64,000 bases of DNA. Source: an uncultured Bacteroidota bacterium (GTDB taxonomy: Bacteria; Bacteroidota; Ignavibacteria; Kryptoniales; JAKASW01). Of the stretch, positions 1 through 7,531 are shown in pieces. The stretch is taken from positions 1,227,263-1,291,262 of the forward strand of contig OY969815.1 of the NCBI GenBank assembly GCA_963703365.1, written 5' to 3'. The notes under the pieces are model-generated. The model did not search any database. It was not told where the DNA came from and saw only the letters and a list, made by a program, of their open reading frames with translations. The translations under genes and the position numbers were made by a program. Each line of letters begins with the position of its first letter. Position 1 is the stretch's first letter.

Positions 1-57
1 TTGATGATCTTCTTCGGTGAAGAAGATGCACTTGAATGGCTAAAGGAAACCAAGTGA
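1..57 (+). CDS. 3' end of a cassette ORF running off the window (…IFFGEEDALEWLKETK*), resembling STAS/SEC14 (SpoIIAA-like) C-termini
   Basis: Open frame from base 1 to TGA at 55-57; F-x2-EEDALEWL motif; followed by attC1. Confidence 0.5.
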   Translation: MMIFFGEEDALEWLKETK

Positions 58-145
58 GATAGATGGGTAATAATCAAAGAAAAGATCATGAAAAGGGAAA
101 CTGGCCGCGTGGATATTTCTATCTGGACAAGCCATGATAATTGTG

Positions 146-303
146 GCCCAACCAGGCGCTCAAGCTGACCAAATCAGCTGACTGCGATTTAACATTGCGG
201 ATAAAGTTTTTGTGCTTAATAATTTAGTTATTAGTTTGAACTCGGTTTCTTTAGCGCATTACGAAAATATTCAATGTGGCGGCTTAGCGCCGGTCCGTTA
301 GGC
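146..303 (+). repeat. attC site 1 (158 bp)
   Basis: GCCCAAC-CAGGCGCTCAAGCTGAC … GCGGCTTAGCGCCGGTCC-GTTAGGC. Confidence 0.9.
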
Positions 304-331
304 GCCAAAACATTATTTTGGAGAATTATTA

Positions 332-847
332 ATGAAAATATTTTTAAAGATTTTCGTACTAGTTGGTTTAGTTTCTTTATCTGTTTCAGCGCAACAAAAG
401 ACATTTCAGGATTCCTTACTTGATCACTTTATCGGGAAGTGGGTCTTGCAAGGTACCATAGAAGGAAAAGAGACGACGCATGATGTTATTGTAGAGTGGG
501 TGCTGGGTCATCAATATGTGCAATTTCATGAAGTATCACGTGAAAAGAATAGTAACGGTGAAGCGATGTATGAAGCAATCGTATTCATTGGATGGGACCA
601 ATCGTCGGATCAGTATGCATGTTTCTGGCTTGATGGAACCAGTGGCAATGGACTCTCGAATCAGGTCATTGGTCATGCAAAACGGAACGGCGATAAGATT
701 GCATTCTTATTCAAGTTTAGTGACAGTAGTCTCTTCCACACAATATTTTTGTACGATAGAAGTTCTGATACTTGGCAGTGGTTGATGGATGATGAAGAGA
801 ATGGGAAGCTACAACCTTTTTCACGAGTGAAACTGACAAGACAATAA
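332..847 (+). CDS. Cassette-borne secreted protein, DUF1579-like
   Basis: Signal peptide (…SVSA|QQ), GKW motif, beta-rich; GGAGA RBS; flanked by attC sites. Confidence 0.7.
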   Translation: MKIFLKIFVLVGLVSLSVSAQQKTFQDSLLDHFIGKWVLQGTIEGKETTHDVIVEWVLGHQYVQFHEVSREKNSNGEAMYEAIVFIGWDQSSDQYACFWLDGTSGNGLSNQVIGHAKRNGDKIAFLFKFSDSSLFHTIFLYDRSSDTWQWLMDDEENGKLQPFSRVKLTRQ

Positions 848-874
848 TCATATGGTTAATAAAATCTATTTGGC

Positions 875-1025
875 TCCTAACTAGCGGCTCAAGCTGACAG
901 AACCAGCCGTCGACGATTTTGCCGGGCGCTAAAAAAATTTTTTAAGGAAATGGCATGCCTGCCGCGCGTATATTCTACAGGGAACTGACTGCACGTCGCC
1001 GCAGCTCAGCTCTGGTTCGTTAGGC
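875..1025 (+). repeat. attC site 2 (151 bp)
   Basis: TCCTAAC-TAGCGGCTCAAGCTGAC … GCAGCTCAGCTCTGGTTC-GTTAGGC. Confidence 0.9.
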
Positions 1026-1052
1026 AACAAGCATAAAGAAGGAGAAATCAAA

Positions 1053-1460
1053 TTGAAAGCAAAGGGAACATATGGAGTAAAGAAGTGGGAGGAGAATGTG
1101 TACGAGCAAATCTCCGCGGAAATGAAAATGACCAAAGCATCGGTTGAATATACGATGAGCGGAGAGATTAATGGTAAGTCTCTTGTAGAATATTTGATGT
1201 TCTATAAATATTACAATGCAAACGACCAACATAAATCATCTGCTATCTATATTGGGATAATGAGATTTATCGGTAGTATGTTAGGAAAAGAAGGAAGTTT
1301 TGCGATTGAAGACCACGGCACATTTGAGAATGGCGAAGCAAATTCCACATTGCAAATTATTGCTGGTTCAGGCATGGGTGAACTTAAAAGTATACAAGGG
1401 ACTGGTCGGTATAGTGCTAATCAAGATGGTGCTCAAATAGAATTGAATTACACGCTATAA
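1053..1460 (+). CDS. Cassette-borne DUF3224-family protein
   Basis: A-x-G-T-Y-x-V-x-x-W-E-E start, F-x-G-x-x-x-G-K-E-G-S-F and GSGMGELKSIQGTG motifs; AGGAG RBS before TTG. Confidence 0.75.
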   Translation: MKAKGTYGVKKWEENVYEQISAEMKMTKASVEYTMSGEINGKSLVEYLMFYKYYNANDQHKSSAIYIGIMRFIGSMLGKEGSFAIEDHGTFENGEANSTLQIIAGSGMGELKSIQGTGRYSANQDGAQIELNYTL

Positions 1461-1474
1461 AGCAAATGCTTGTT

Positions 1475-1626
1475 GCCTAACCAGTCGCTCAAGGTGACGG
1501 AATGAGCGCGGGTGCATTTTACCGTGCGACAAAGTTTATGAACATCATAAAAAATATTAGTGTACACGCGACAGTCGTTGTAAGGGAAGGTTCACGTTTC
1601 CGCAGCTTAGCCGCATTCCGCTAGAA
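1475..1626 (+). repeat. attC site 3 (152 bp), core site reads GCTAGAA instead of GTTAGAA
   Basis: GCCTAAC-CAGTCGCTCAAGGTGAC … GCAGCTTAGCCGCATTCC-GCTAGAA. Confidence 0.85.
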
Positions 1627-1633
1627 ATAACAA

Positions 1634-2080
1634 ATGAAAACTAAGTGCAAGAAGAAATTAAAAACTAAAAAGGCAAAGCCCCGAATTCTTTGCTATAACG
1701 ATCATTGGTGGGAATACTTTGAGAGAGAAGAAGAAGAACTGTATGAAATAACCGGAAAATATCTATTCTTCTCCCCTCACCGAGAAAGACTTGTGAAAAT
1801 CGCAAAGGACGAAATACAAAACGACGATTTTTATTCCGCCAAAATACCTCTGGAAGGAAACAATTTAGGAAAAGATTATGTCTTGTGTTTATATTATGAA
1901 AATGACTCAAAGAAAAAATTCCTAGCTGAAAAATATAGAAAACTTGAAAAAGAAGGAATCAAATATAGGTACTGGAAAAGCGATGAGGCAACCTTATCGG
2001 GAGATTATTCAAAACAGTTTCTAGGAAAACTATCTAGAGATGACCAGAAAATATTTAAAAAGAAAAGGAAAAAGAAATAA
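1634..2080 (+). CDS. Cassette-borne Lys-rich hypothetical protein, weakly DUF1917-like (TGKYLFF … SAKI … VLCLYY)
   Basis: ORF fills the cassette; very AT-rich; family call is by motif resemblance only. Confidence 0.55.
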   Translation: MKTKCKKKLKTKKAKPRILCYNDHWWEYFEREEEELYEITGKYLFFSPHRERLVKIAKDEIQNDDFYSAKIPLEGNNLGKDYVLCLYYENDSKKKFLAEKYRKLEKEGIKYRYWKSDEATLSGDYSKQFLGKLSRDDQKIFKKKRKKK

Positions 2081-2081
2081 T

Positions 2082-2143
2082 TTCTAACAGAATACTCCAG
2101 CCGATGGCGAAAAAACCGCCACCGCTGACCTAAACCGTTAGGT
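2082..2143 (+). repeat. attC site 4, short 62-bp type unlike the others
   Basis: TTCTAAC … CAGCCGATGGCG-AAAAAAC-CGCCACCGCTG … GTTAGGT. Confidence 0.8.
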
Positions 2144-2166
2144 GGCACAAGAAAGGACTCAACCAA

Positions 2167-2346
2167 ATGAATTCAGAGTGGCACAACAAACATCCAATGC
2201 CTACAAGACCAACACTCGAAAAGCGCATTGAGTGGCACCTCGACCATGCGAAGAATTGCGGATGCCGACCAATTCCGTCGATACTGATGGCGAAAATCGA
2301 ATCTCACAGAAAGAACGGTGGAAATAAAACGAAGCGTGCCACCTAA
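2167..2346 (+). CDS. 59-aa His/Cys-rich cassette peptide MNSEWHNKHPMPTRPTLEKRIEWHLDHAKNCGCRPIP… (below the ORF-track cutoff)
   Basis: AAAGGA RBS, ATG at 2167, TAA inside the inverse core of attC5 (ACCTAAC); sole ORF of the cassette. Confidence 0.75.
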   Translation: MNSEWHNKHPMPTRPTLEKRIEWHLDHAKNCGCRPIPSILMAKIESHRKNGGNKTKRAT

Positions 2347-2492
2347 CTACTGGCTCAACCTGACGGAACCAGCGGTCAATGAATTCACCGCCCGAGAACC
2401 CATAAATCTGAAAATCGTTACATTAACTTCCCCGCAACGAACTACCAACTAAATGCGGTACGTTGCCGCAGGTTTGCTCCGGTCCGTTAGCT
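2341..2492 (+). repeat. attC site 5 (152 bp)
   Basis: ACCTAAC-TACTGGCTCAACCTGAC … GCAGGTTTGCTCCGGTCC-GTTAGCT. Confidence 0.88.
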
Positions 2493-2559
2493 GGCACAAC
2501 GAACTGTATCTAATTAAACTTTGAACAAACCGATAGCTATTTCAAGAGGAACATATTCC

Positions 2560-2790
2560 ATGAAAGTCTGGGCTTACGTATTCATCACCACGAGACAGCC
2601 TCGCAAGGCTGTGCAAGCAATTCGGCACATTACCGGTGTCATAAAAGCAGATGCACTCTTCGGTACACCTGACGCAATCGCAATAGTCGAAGGAGACGAC
2701 ATCGTATCAATGGACGCCGTTATCGACAAGATCGTAGAGGTTCCAGAGGTAACAGGCACCGATTCAAAAGTTGCACGCTGGATTCAATGA
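2560..2790 (+). CDS. Stand-alone Lrp/AsnC ligand-binding (RAM) domain protein
   Basis: AYVFI … I-x-GV-x-x-A-x-ALFG-x-x-DAIA-x-VE … I-x-x-V-x-x-V-x-x-T pattern; no HTH; AGAGGA RBS before ATG 2560. Confidence 0.75.
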   Translation: MKVWAYVFITTRQPRKAVQAIRHITGVIKADALFGTPDAIAIVEGDDIVSMDAVIDKIVEVPEVTGTDSKVARWIQ

Positions 2791-2807
2791 TGCAATCATT
2801 TCGTACG

Positions 2808-2847
2808 GGCTAACCCGTCGCTCAAGCTGACGGAATGAACCCCGAAA
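2808..2847 (+). repeat. Truncated attC site 6 (left arm only)
   Basis: GGCTAAC-CCGTCGCTCAAGCTGACGGAATGA matches the attC3 left arm; no right arm or GTTAG core follows. Confidence 0.75.
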
Positions 2848-3058
2848 AAGAATGCTGGGTAAACTCTGGCGCATTTTGCATGGCCTGCAGGGTTGCATTA
2901 CAGAGCACCACCTTGGCCTAAAGTTTTTGATATGCACTATGTCCACCTTTTTCTTCTATCCTGCACATTGAGAGCTGCAATAATTGTTTCACTCCCAGCT
3001 TGCAATCTGTAATTACTCATACGATATTAAGAATACCTTACAAAAGAGAGGAATAGAA

Positions 3059-5278
3059 ATGGCTGCCATATTGCATAAGCCGCATATAGTTATATCATAT
3101 AAATCAATATTTGAGATTATAAGTTTACTTATTCTTGTTATTGTCATTGTTGTACCAGTTTCATCTCAGCCAAAGGCTGATGAGCCTCAGGCTCAGAAAG
3201 GACAATCTTTGAAGTATCCGGATACCAATAGAGACAGCGTCGTGAACCATTATTTCGGCACGAAAGTACCGGCCCCGTATCAATGGATGGAGGACCAAAA
3301 CAGTCCGGAGGTTGAATCGTGGGTCGAAGCCGAAAACAAGGTGACGTTCGAATACCTAGATAAGATTCCTATTCGAAAGTGGATCAACGAGAAAATCACA
3401 AAGCTGTGGAATTACGAAAAGGTCGGCGTTCCATCCCAGCATGAAGGGCAGCTCTTCTACAACAAGAACACGGGATTGCAAAACCAAAGCCCGGTTTACA
3501 TGCAGAAGTCGGTGCAGGGAAAACCGAAGATGATCCTCGATCCGAACAAACTTTCACCGGACGGCTCCATTGCCATGCTCGACCATGAAGTTTCACCGGA
3601 CGGCAAATACCTGTGCTATGGCCTTTCACAAGGTGGAGCGGACTGGGAGGAATTACACGTGCTGGATATATCAACCGGCAAGGACCTGGCCGACACCGTG
3701 CACTGGGTAAAGGCCTCCGTCATCGCGTGGACGAACGATAACAAAGGATTTTTCTATTCGCGTTTTCCTGAGCCGAAGAAGGGTGAGGCTCTAACCTCTG
3801 TAGATGCCGGGCATGAACTGTTCTATCACAAACTCGGCACGCCGCAGAGTGAAGACAAGCTTTACTATGATCTGAAAGGCTATCCCGGATGGTACGTCAA
3901 CGGCGGTGTGACGGACGATGGCCGCTACCTTTTCATATTTCTCCAAAGAGGGGATGAATCAAACAAGCTTTTATACGTTGACCTAAAAGACTCAAAGCAC
4001 CCTGACCTTTCGTCCCCCGTTGTTCCACTATTCGAGAAAGACGATGCAGAGTACTATCCCCTCGGGAACGTCGGTACCACAATCTATTTGCAGACTACGC
4101 TCGATGCTCCGAACCGCCGCATAGTGTCTTTCGATATCAACAACCATGACACAACAAACTGGAAGATTGTCGTGCCGGAGTCGAAGAACGTGATTGAAAA
4201 CGCTCTGTTAGCCGGCAGGCACGTCGTTGTCGATTATCTTGTCGACGCGAAAAGCGAAGTGGAAATCTACTCTCTCGACGGCAAACACCAAGGGAATCTG
4301 AAGCTCCCCGGAATTGGCACGGTCGGAGAACTCAATGGCCGATACGATTCGCCGGATTTGTTCTATGCGTTCACATCTTTCTTGTATCCAACGACGGTGT
4401 TCCACTATAGTTTCAAAACAGGAAAGAACACTGCCTTCCATGCGCCGCATGTGGATTTCGACCCGAAGGGATACGAGACGAAGCAGGTTTTCTATAATTC
4501 GAAGGATGGAACGCGGATTCCGATGTTCATCACAATGAAAAAGGGCAAGAAGCCGAACGGAGAGAATCCGACACTTCTTTACGGTTACGGCGGCTTCAGT
4601 ATCAGCATCACACCATCGTACAGTTCCACGACCATCGCGTGGCTGGAAATGGGAGGTATCTACGCTGTGGCAAATCTTCGGGGCGGTGAAGAATACGGTG
4701 AGGCATGGCATCATGCCGGCATGCTCGACAAGAAGCAGAACGTATTTGACGACTTCATTGCCGCGGCGGAGTATTTGATAAAAGAGAAATATACATCGAC
4801 AGCTAAGTTAGGCATAGAGGGATACTCGAATGGCGGTCTTCTCGTTGGCGCGTGCGAGACGCAGCGTCCGGATCTCTACGGTGCCGCGTATGCTGGAGCA
4901 GGTGTTATGGACATGCTGCGTTACCACAAATTCTCGGCCGGAGTAGGATGGGTCCCCGAATACGGCGCACCCAGCGATTCGACAGCCTTTCCGTACCTAA
5001 GCAAGTATTCACCGGTGCAGAACATAAAACCGGGCTTGTGCTATCCGCCTACGATCGTCACGACGGCAGACCACGATGATAGAGTAGTGCCGAGCCATTC
5101 TTACAAGTTCATCGCAGAGATGCAGCACGATCAGTCTTGTGGTAATCCCGTTCTGATTCGAGTTGAGACGAAGACGAGTCACAACTACATGCCGACCGAC
5201 AAACGCATCGCACAGGCAGCGGACGTATTGGCATTCATGGCATATAATCTTGGAATAAACAAGGTACCGACGGATTGA
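3059..5278 (+). CDS. Secreted prolyl oligopeptidase (S9A)
   Basis: GYSNGGL nucleophile, DHDDRV, C-terminal His (SH), LLYGYGGF, NLRGGEEYG; N-terminal hydrophobic signal; start taken from the GAGAGG RBS. Confidence 0.93.
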   Translation: MAAILHKPHIVISYKSIFEIISLLILVIVIVVPVSSQPKADEPQAQKGQSLKYPDTNRDSVVNHYFGTKVPAPYQWMEDQNSPEVESWVEAENKVTFEYLDKIPIRKWINEKITKLWNYEKVGVPSQHEGQLFYNKNTGLQNQSPVYMQKSVQGKPKMILDPNKLSPDGSIAMLDHEVSPDGKYLCYGLSQGGADWEELHVLDISTGKDLADTVHWVKASVIAWTNDNKGFFYSRFPEPKKGEALTSVDAGHELFYHKLGTPQSEDKLYYDLKGYPGWYVNGGVTDDGRYLFIFLQRGDESNKLLYVDLKDSKHPDLSSPVVPLFEKDDAEYYPLGNVGTTIYLQTTLDAPNRRIVSFDINNHDTTNWKIVVPESKNVIENALLAGRHVVVDYLVDAKSEVEIYSLDGKHQGNLKLPGIGTVGELNGRYDSPDLFYAFTSFLYPTTVFHYSFKTGKNTAFHAPHVDFDPKGYETKQVFYNSKDGTRIPMFITMKKGKKPNGENPTLLYGYGGFSISITPSYSSTTIAWLEMGGIYAVANLRGGEEYGEAWHHAGMLDKKQNVFDDFIAAAEYLIKEKYTSTAKLGIEGYSNGGLLVGACETQRPDLYGAAYAGAGVMDMLRYHKFSAGVGWVPEYGAPSDSTAFPYLSKYSPVQNIKPGLCYPPTIVTTADHDDRVVPSHSYKFIAEMQHDQSCGNPVLIRVETKTSHNYMPTDKRIAQAADVLAFMAYNLGINKVPTD
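3166..3195 (+). repeat. 30-bp twin-hairpin element, in frame within the peptidase (QPKADEPQAQ)
   Basis: TCAGCC-AAA-GGCTGA + TGAGCC-TCA-GGCTCA. Confidence 0.85.
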
Positions 5279-5287
5279 TCAACCAAG

Positions 5288-5310
5288 GCGGACATATCGT
5301 CCGTTTTTTT
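5288..5310 (+). terminator. Rho-independent terminator
   Basis: GCGGAC-ATATC-GTCCGT followed by a T run just after the stop codon. Confidence 0.7.
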
Positions 5311-5358
5311 CTGGAGGTGTCCTAATTTGGATTCAGTTCGCAAACTCTAGATATATTC

Positions 5359-5450
5359 TTAACCGTAAGGGTTGCAAAGACGCGCTAGGTATTTTTACCA
5401 ATTTTCTTTTGACCTGAGCCTTTGCGCACATTCGCGCTCTTCGCAGTTTA
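5359..5450. repeat. Degenerate intergenic inverted repeat (AACCGCAAAG…/…CTTTGCG…GTT family)
   Basis: Similar to copies at 30237-30330 and 33561-33657. Confidence 0.55.
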
Positions 5451-5596
5451 TTTGATCCCCTTTTGAAGTAGAATTCAAATTGGGATACTACCGACTTTTT
5501 TCTTTATTATTTCTCTGCAAGAGTTTATCTTGTCAAGCGTTGAAGGCAATACGGAGATCAGTACAACTAATCCAGAAAAAACTGACAACATTGGCA

Positions 5597-6895
5597 ATGC
5601 ATATTGAAAGAGAAATACCGGATAAGATTGTTCTATTCTGTAAAGCTATAATTTTGCTTATTGCCTGTCTATTGAACATCGGTTTCTCTCAAACGAAGTC
5701 CGATACATCAGGGATAAAAGCAAGTTTTCATTTTCAGCAGACCATGATAGAGGAAGCGCATAACAATTTCCCCTCGCCCTACATCGGGAAAAACAGCTTA
5801 CTTCCTAAAGAACCACCGGCGATGTCAGTGACGTCAACGTTCTATTTCGGTCTTTCGTTACCCGGGCTGTTCAATGTCGAAATCGATCCTGAACTTAGCG
5901 GCGGAAAAGGATTGAGCGGGACAGTAGGGATTGCAGGATTCCCGAACGGGGAAATATATCGGGTCGGCGACCCAACCCCAAGACTTGCGCTCGCACGGTG
6001 TTACCTTCAAAGAACTGTCCAGCTTGCCAACGCTGAACAATTGAACATTGTTGCCGGTTTATTCAGTATGGCGGATTATTTCGACGCAAGCACTTACAGC
6101 AACAGCGCTCGAACGCAATTCATGAACTGGGCGATTATGAACGACGGTGCATGGGATTATCCGGCAGACACTCACGGGTATACAGAAGGACTTGTTGCCG
6201 AATACATAAAAGATAAACTCGCACTAAGACTTGCTGCAGTACTGGAGCCGACATCTGCCAACGGACCAGATCTTGATTCCCATATTTCGAAAGCGCATGG
6301 TGAAGCTTTGGAGGGAGAATATGGCTACGACTTACTCAGCCATGACGGCAAGGTGAGACTGCTGTTGTATTTGAACACTGCAAAAATGGGCAATTATAAT
6401 GAAGCGACATACGATTCCATCTACGACCATGACATTACGCTGACCAGACAATATTCGAGGAACAAATACGGATTCGGCATAAACATGGAACAAAGCTTGG
6501 GCGACAACACAGGTACATTCCTTAGAATAGGATGGAATGACGGACAAGACGAGACATGGACATACACGGAGATCGACAGAACTGTTTCAGGCGGAGTGAC
6601 AACAAAAATGCAAATTATCGGGCGTGAGGAAGACAGTTTCGGAGTTGCATTTACGATTGATGGGATTTCCGCCGCTCACCAAGCTTATCTAAACAGCGGA
6701 GGATACGGCTTCTTAATCGGCGACGGCAAATTGCCGCAATATGGATTGGAGAGCATAATGGAAACATACTACCTGTTTCAGCTTAACAAACTACTTGGCA
6801 TTAGCCTCGACTACCAGTTTGTCGTAAACCCGGCATACAACGAGGATCGCGGACCTGTGAATATCTTCAGCATAAGGGAACATTTGGGGTTGTAA
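5597..6895 (+). CDS. Outer-membrane porin, OprB/carbohydrate-porin (MnoP-like) family
   Basis: PELSGGKGLSGTVGIAGFPNGE, RTQFMNW, GAWDYPADT, YL-x-x-GG-x-GFLIGDG-x-L, NPAYN-x-DRGPV motifs; start uncertain (ORF track gives 5480). Confidence 0.8.
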   Translation: MHIEREIPDKIVLFCKAIILLIACLLNIGFSQTKSDTSGIKASFHFQQTMIEEAHNNFPSPYIGKNSLLPKEPPAMSVTSTFYFGLSLPGLFNVEIDPELSGGKGLSGTVGIAGFPNGEIYRVGDPTPRLALARCYLQRTVQLANAEQLNIVAGLFSMADYFDASTYSNSARTQFMNWAIMNDGAWDYPADTHGYTEGLVAEYIKDKLALRLAAVLEPTSANGPDLDSHISKAHGEALEGEYGYDLLSHDGKVRLLLYLNTAKMGNYNEATYDSIYDHDITLTRQYSRNKYGFGINMEQSLGDNTGTFLRIGWNDGQDETWTYTEIDRTVSGGVTTKMQIIGREEDSFGVAFTIDGISAAHQAYLNSGGYGFLIGDGKLPQYGLESIMETYYLFQLNKLLGISLDYQFVVNPAYNEDRGPVNIFSIREHLGL

Positions 6896-7082
6896 GTGGG
6901 AACCATTTCTCATTTCTTGATGGATTAAGCCCTTTGGCCTTTGTGAATATGTCCTTTGCGTAATCTTCATCTCTACATCCTTTGCATGAAATCTTCACCG
7001 CTCTGTGGAGAGTGGAATTAGAGGAAAAAAAGCTAATTCCCTTAAACCATTCTGTGCCCCAATAGCCACTTTTTTCTCGTTC

Positions 7083-7133
7083 TTTACACTTTTTTTACGG
7101 TTTTGACTCTTCTTTTTATACTTCTTTGATTGC
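7083..7133 (+). promoter_or_regulatory. Candidate KdpE-type operator upstream of the PII-porin genes
   Basis: TTTACA-N5-TTTACG … TTTATA; 34/51 ungapped identity to 8680-8730; resembles the E. coli KdpE box TTTATACTTTTTTTACA. Confidence 0.65.
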
Positions 7134-7168
7134 AATACATACCGTGCAGTAATCATATTTTTCTCGTT

Positions 7169-7513
7169 ATGAAAAAGATAGAAGCTATTATCAGACCTGA
7201 AAAGATTTACGATGTCTGCGAGGTGCTCCATGATATGGGCATCTGCGGAATGATCATAACGGAAACGAATGGCAGCGATGTGACAACCGTACAGCATTCT
7301 CTCAGTGAAGAACGTAAAACCGGCATCGCACCACAAATGAAGTTAGTGTTCACTACCGCTGATTCGCTCCTTCAACCGGTTATATCTGTTATTGTTCACG
7401 AGGCCAGGACCGGAAGTGCCGGTGATGGAAGAATCATCGTGTCGTCCATAGAGAAAGTTATCCACGTGGAAGACGAGGAGATCGATGAAAGCGTATTACA
7501 CTGGTTTCAATAA
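7169..7513 (+). CDS. Degenerate PII-family (GlnB/GlnK-like) protein
   Basis: MKKIEAIIRP start and ARTG-x-x-GDG-x-I B-loop; canonical T-loop absent. Confidence 0.85.
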   Translation: MKKIEAIIRPEKIYDVCEVLHDMGICGMIITETNGSDVTTVQHSLSEERKTGIAPQMKLVFTTADSLLQPVISVIVHEARTGSAGDGRIIVSSIEKVIHVEDEEIDESVLHWFQ

Positions 7514-7531
7514 GAAAATAAAGGATCAATT

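Larger units (their letters stand above)
146..2847 (+). mobile_element. Integron gene-cassette array (distal end; integrase not in window)
   Basis: Six attC-like sites, each starting with an AAC-ending inverse core and, where intact, ending in a GTTAG core; single same-strand ORFs lie between them; conserved arms GCTCAAGCTGAC … GCAGCTTAGC. Confidence 0.9.

Noticed and set aside
146-2847. Recurring repeats as a CRISPR array
   Set aside because: Repeats are 60-160-bp imperfect palindromes separated by whole ORFs and have attC core sites; there are no uniform spacers and no cas genes
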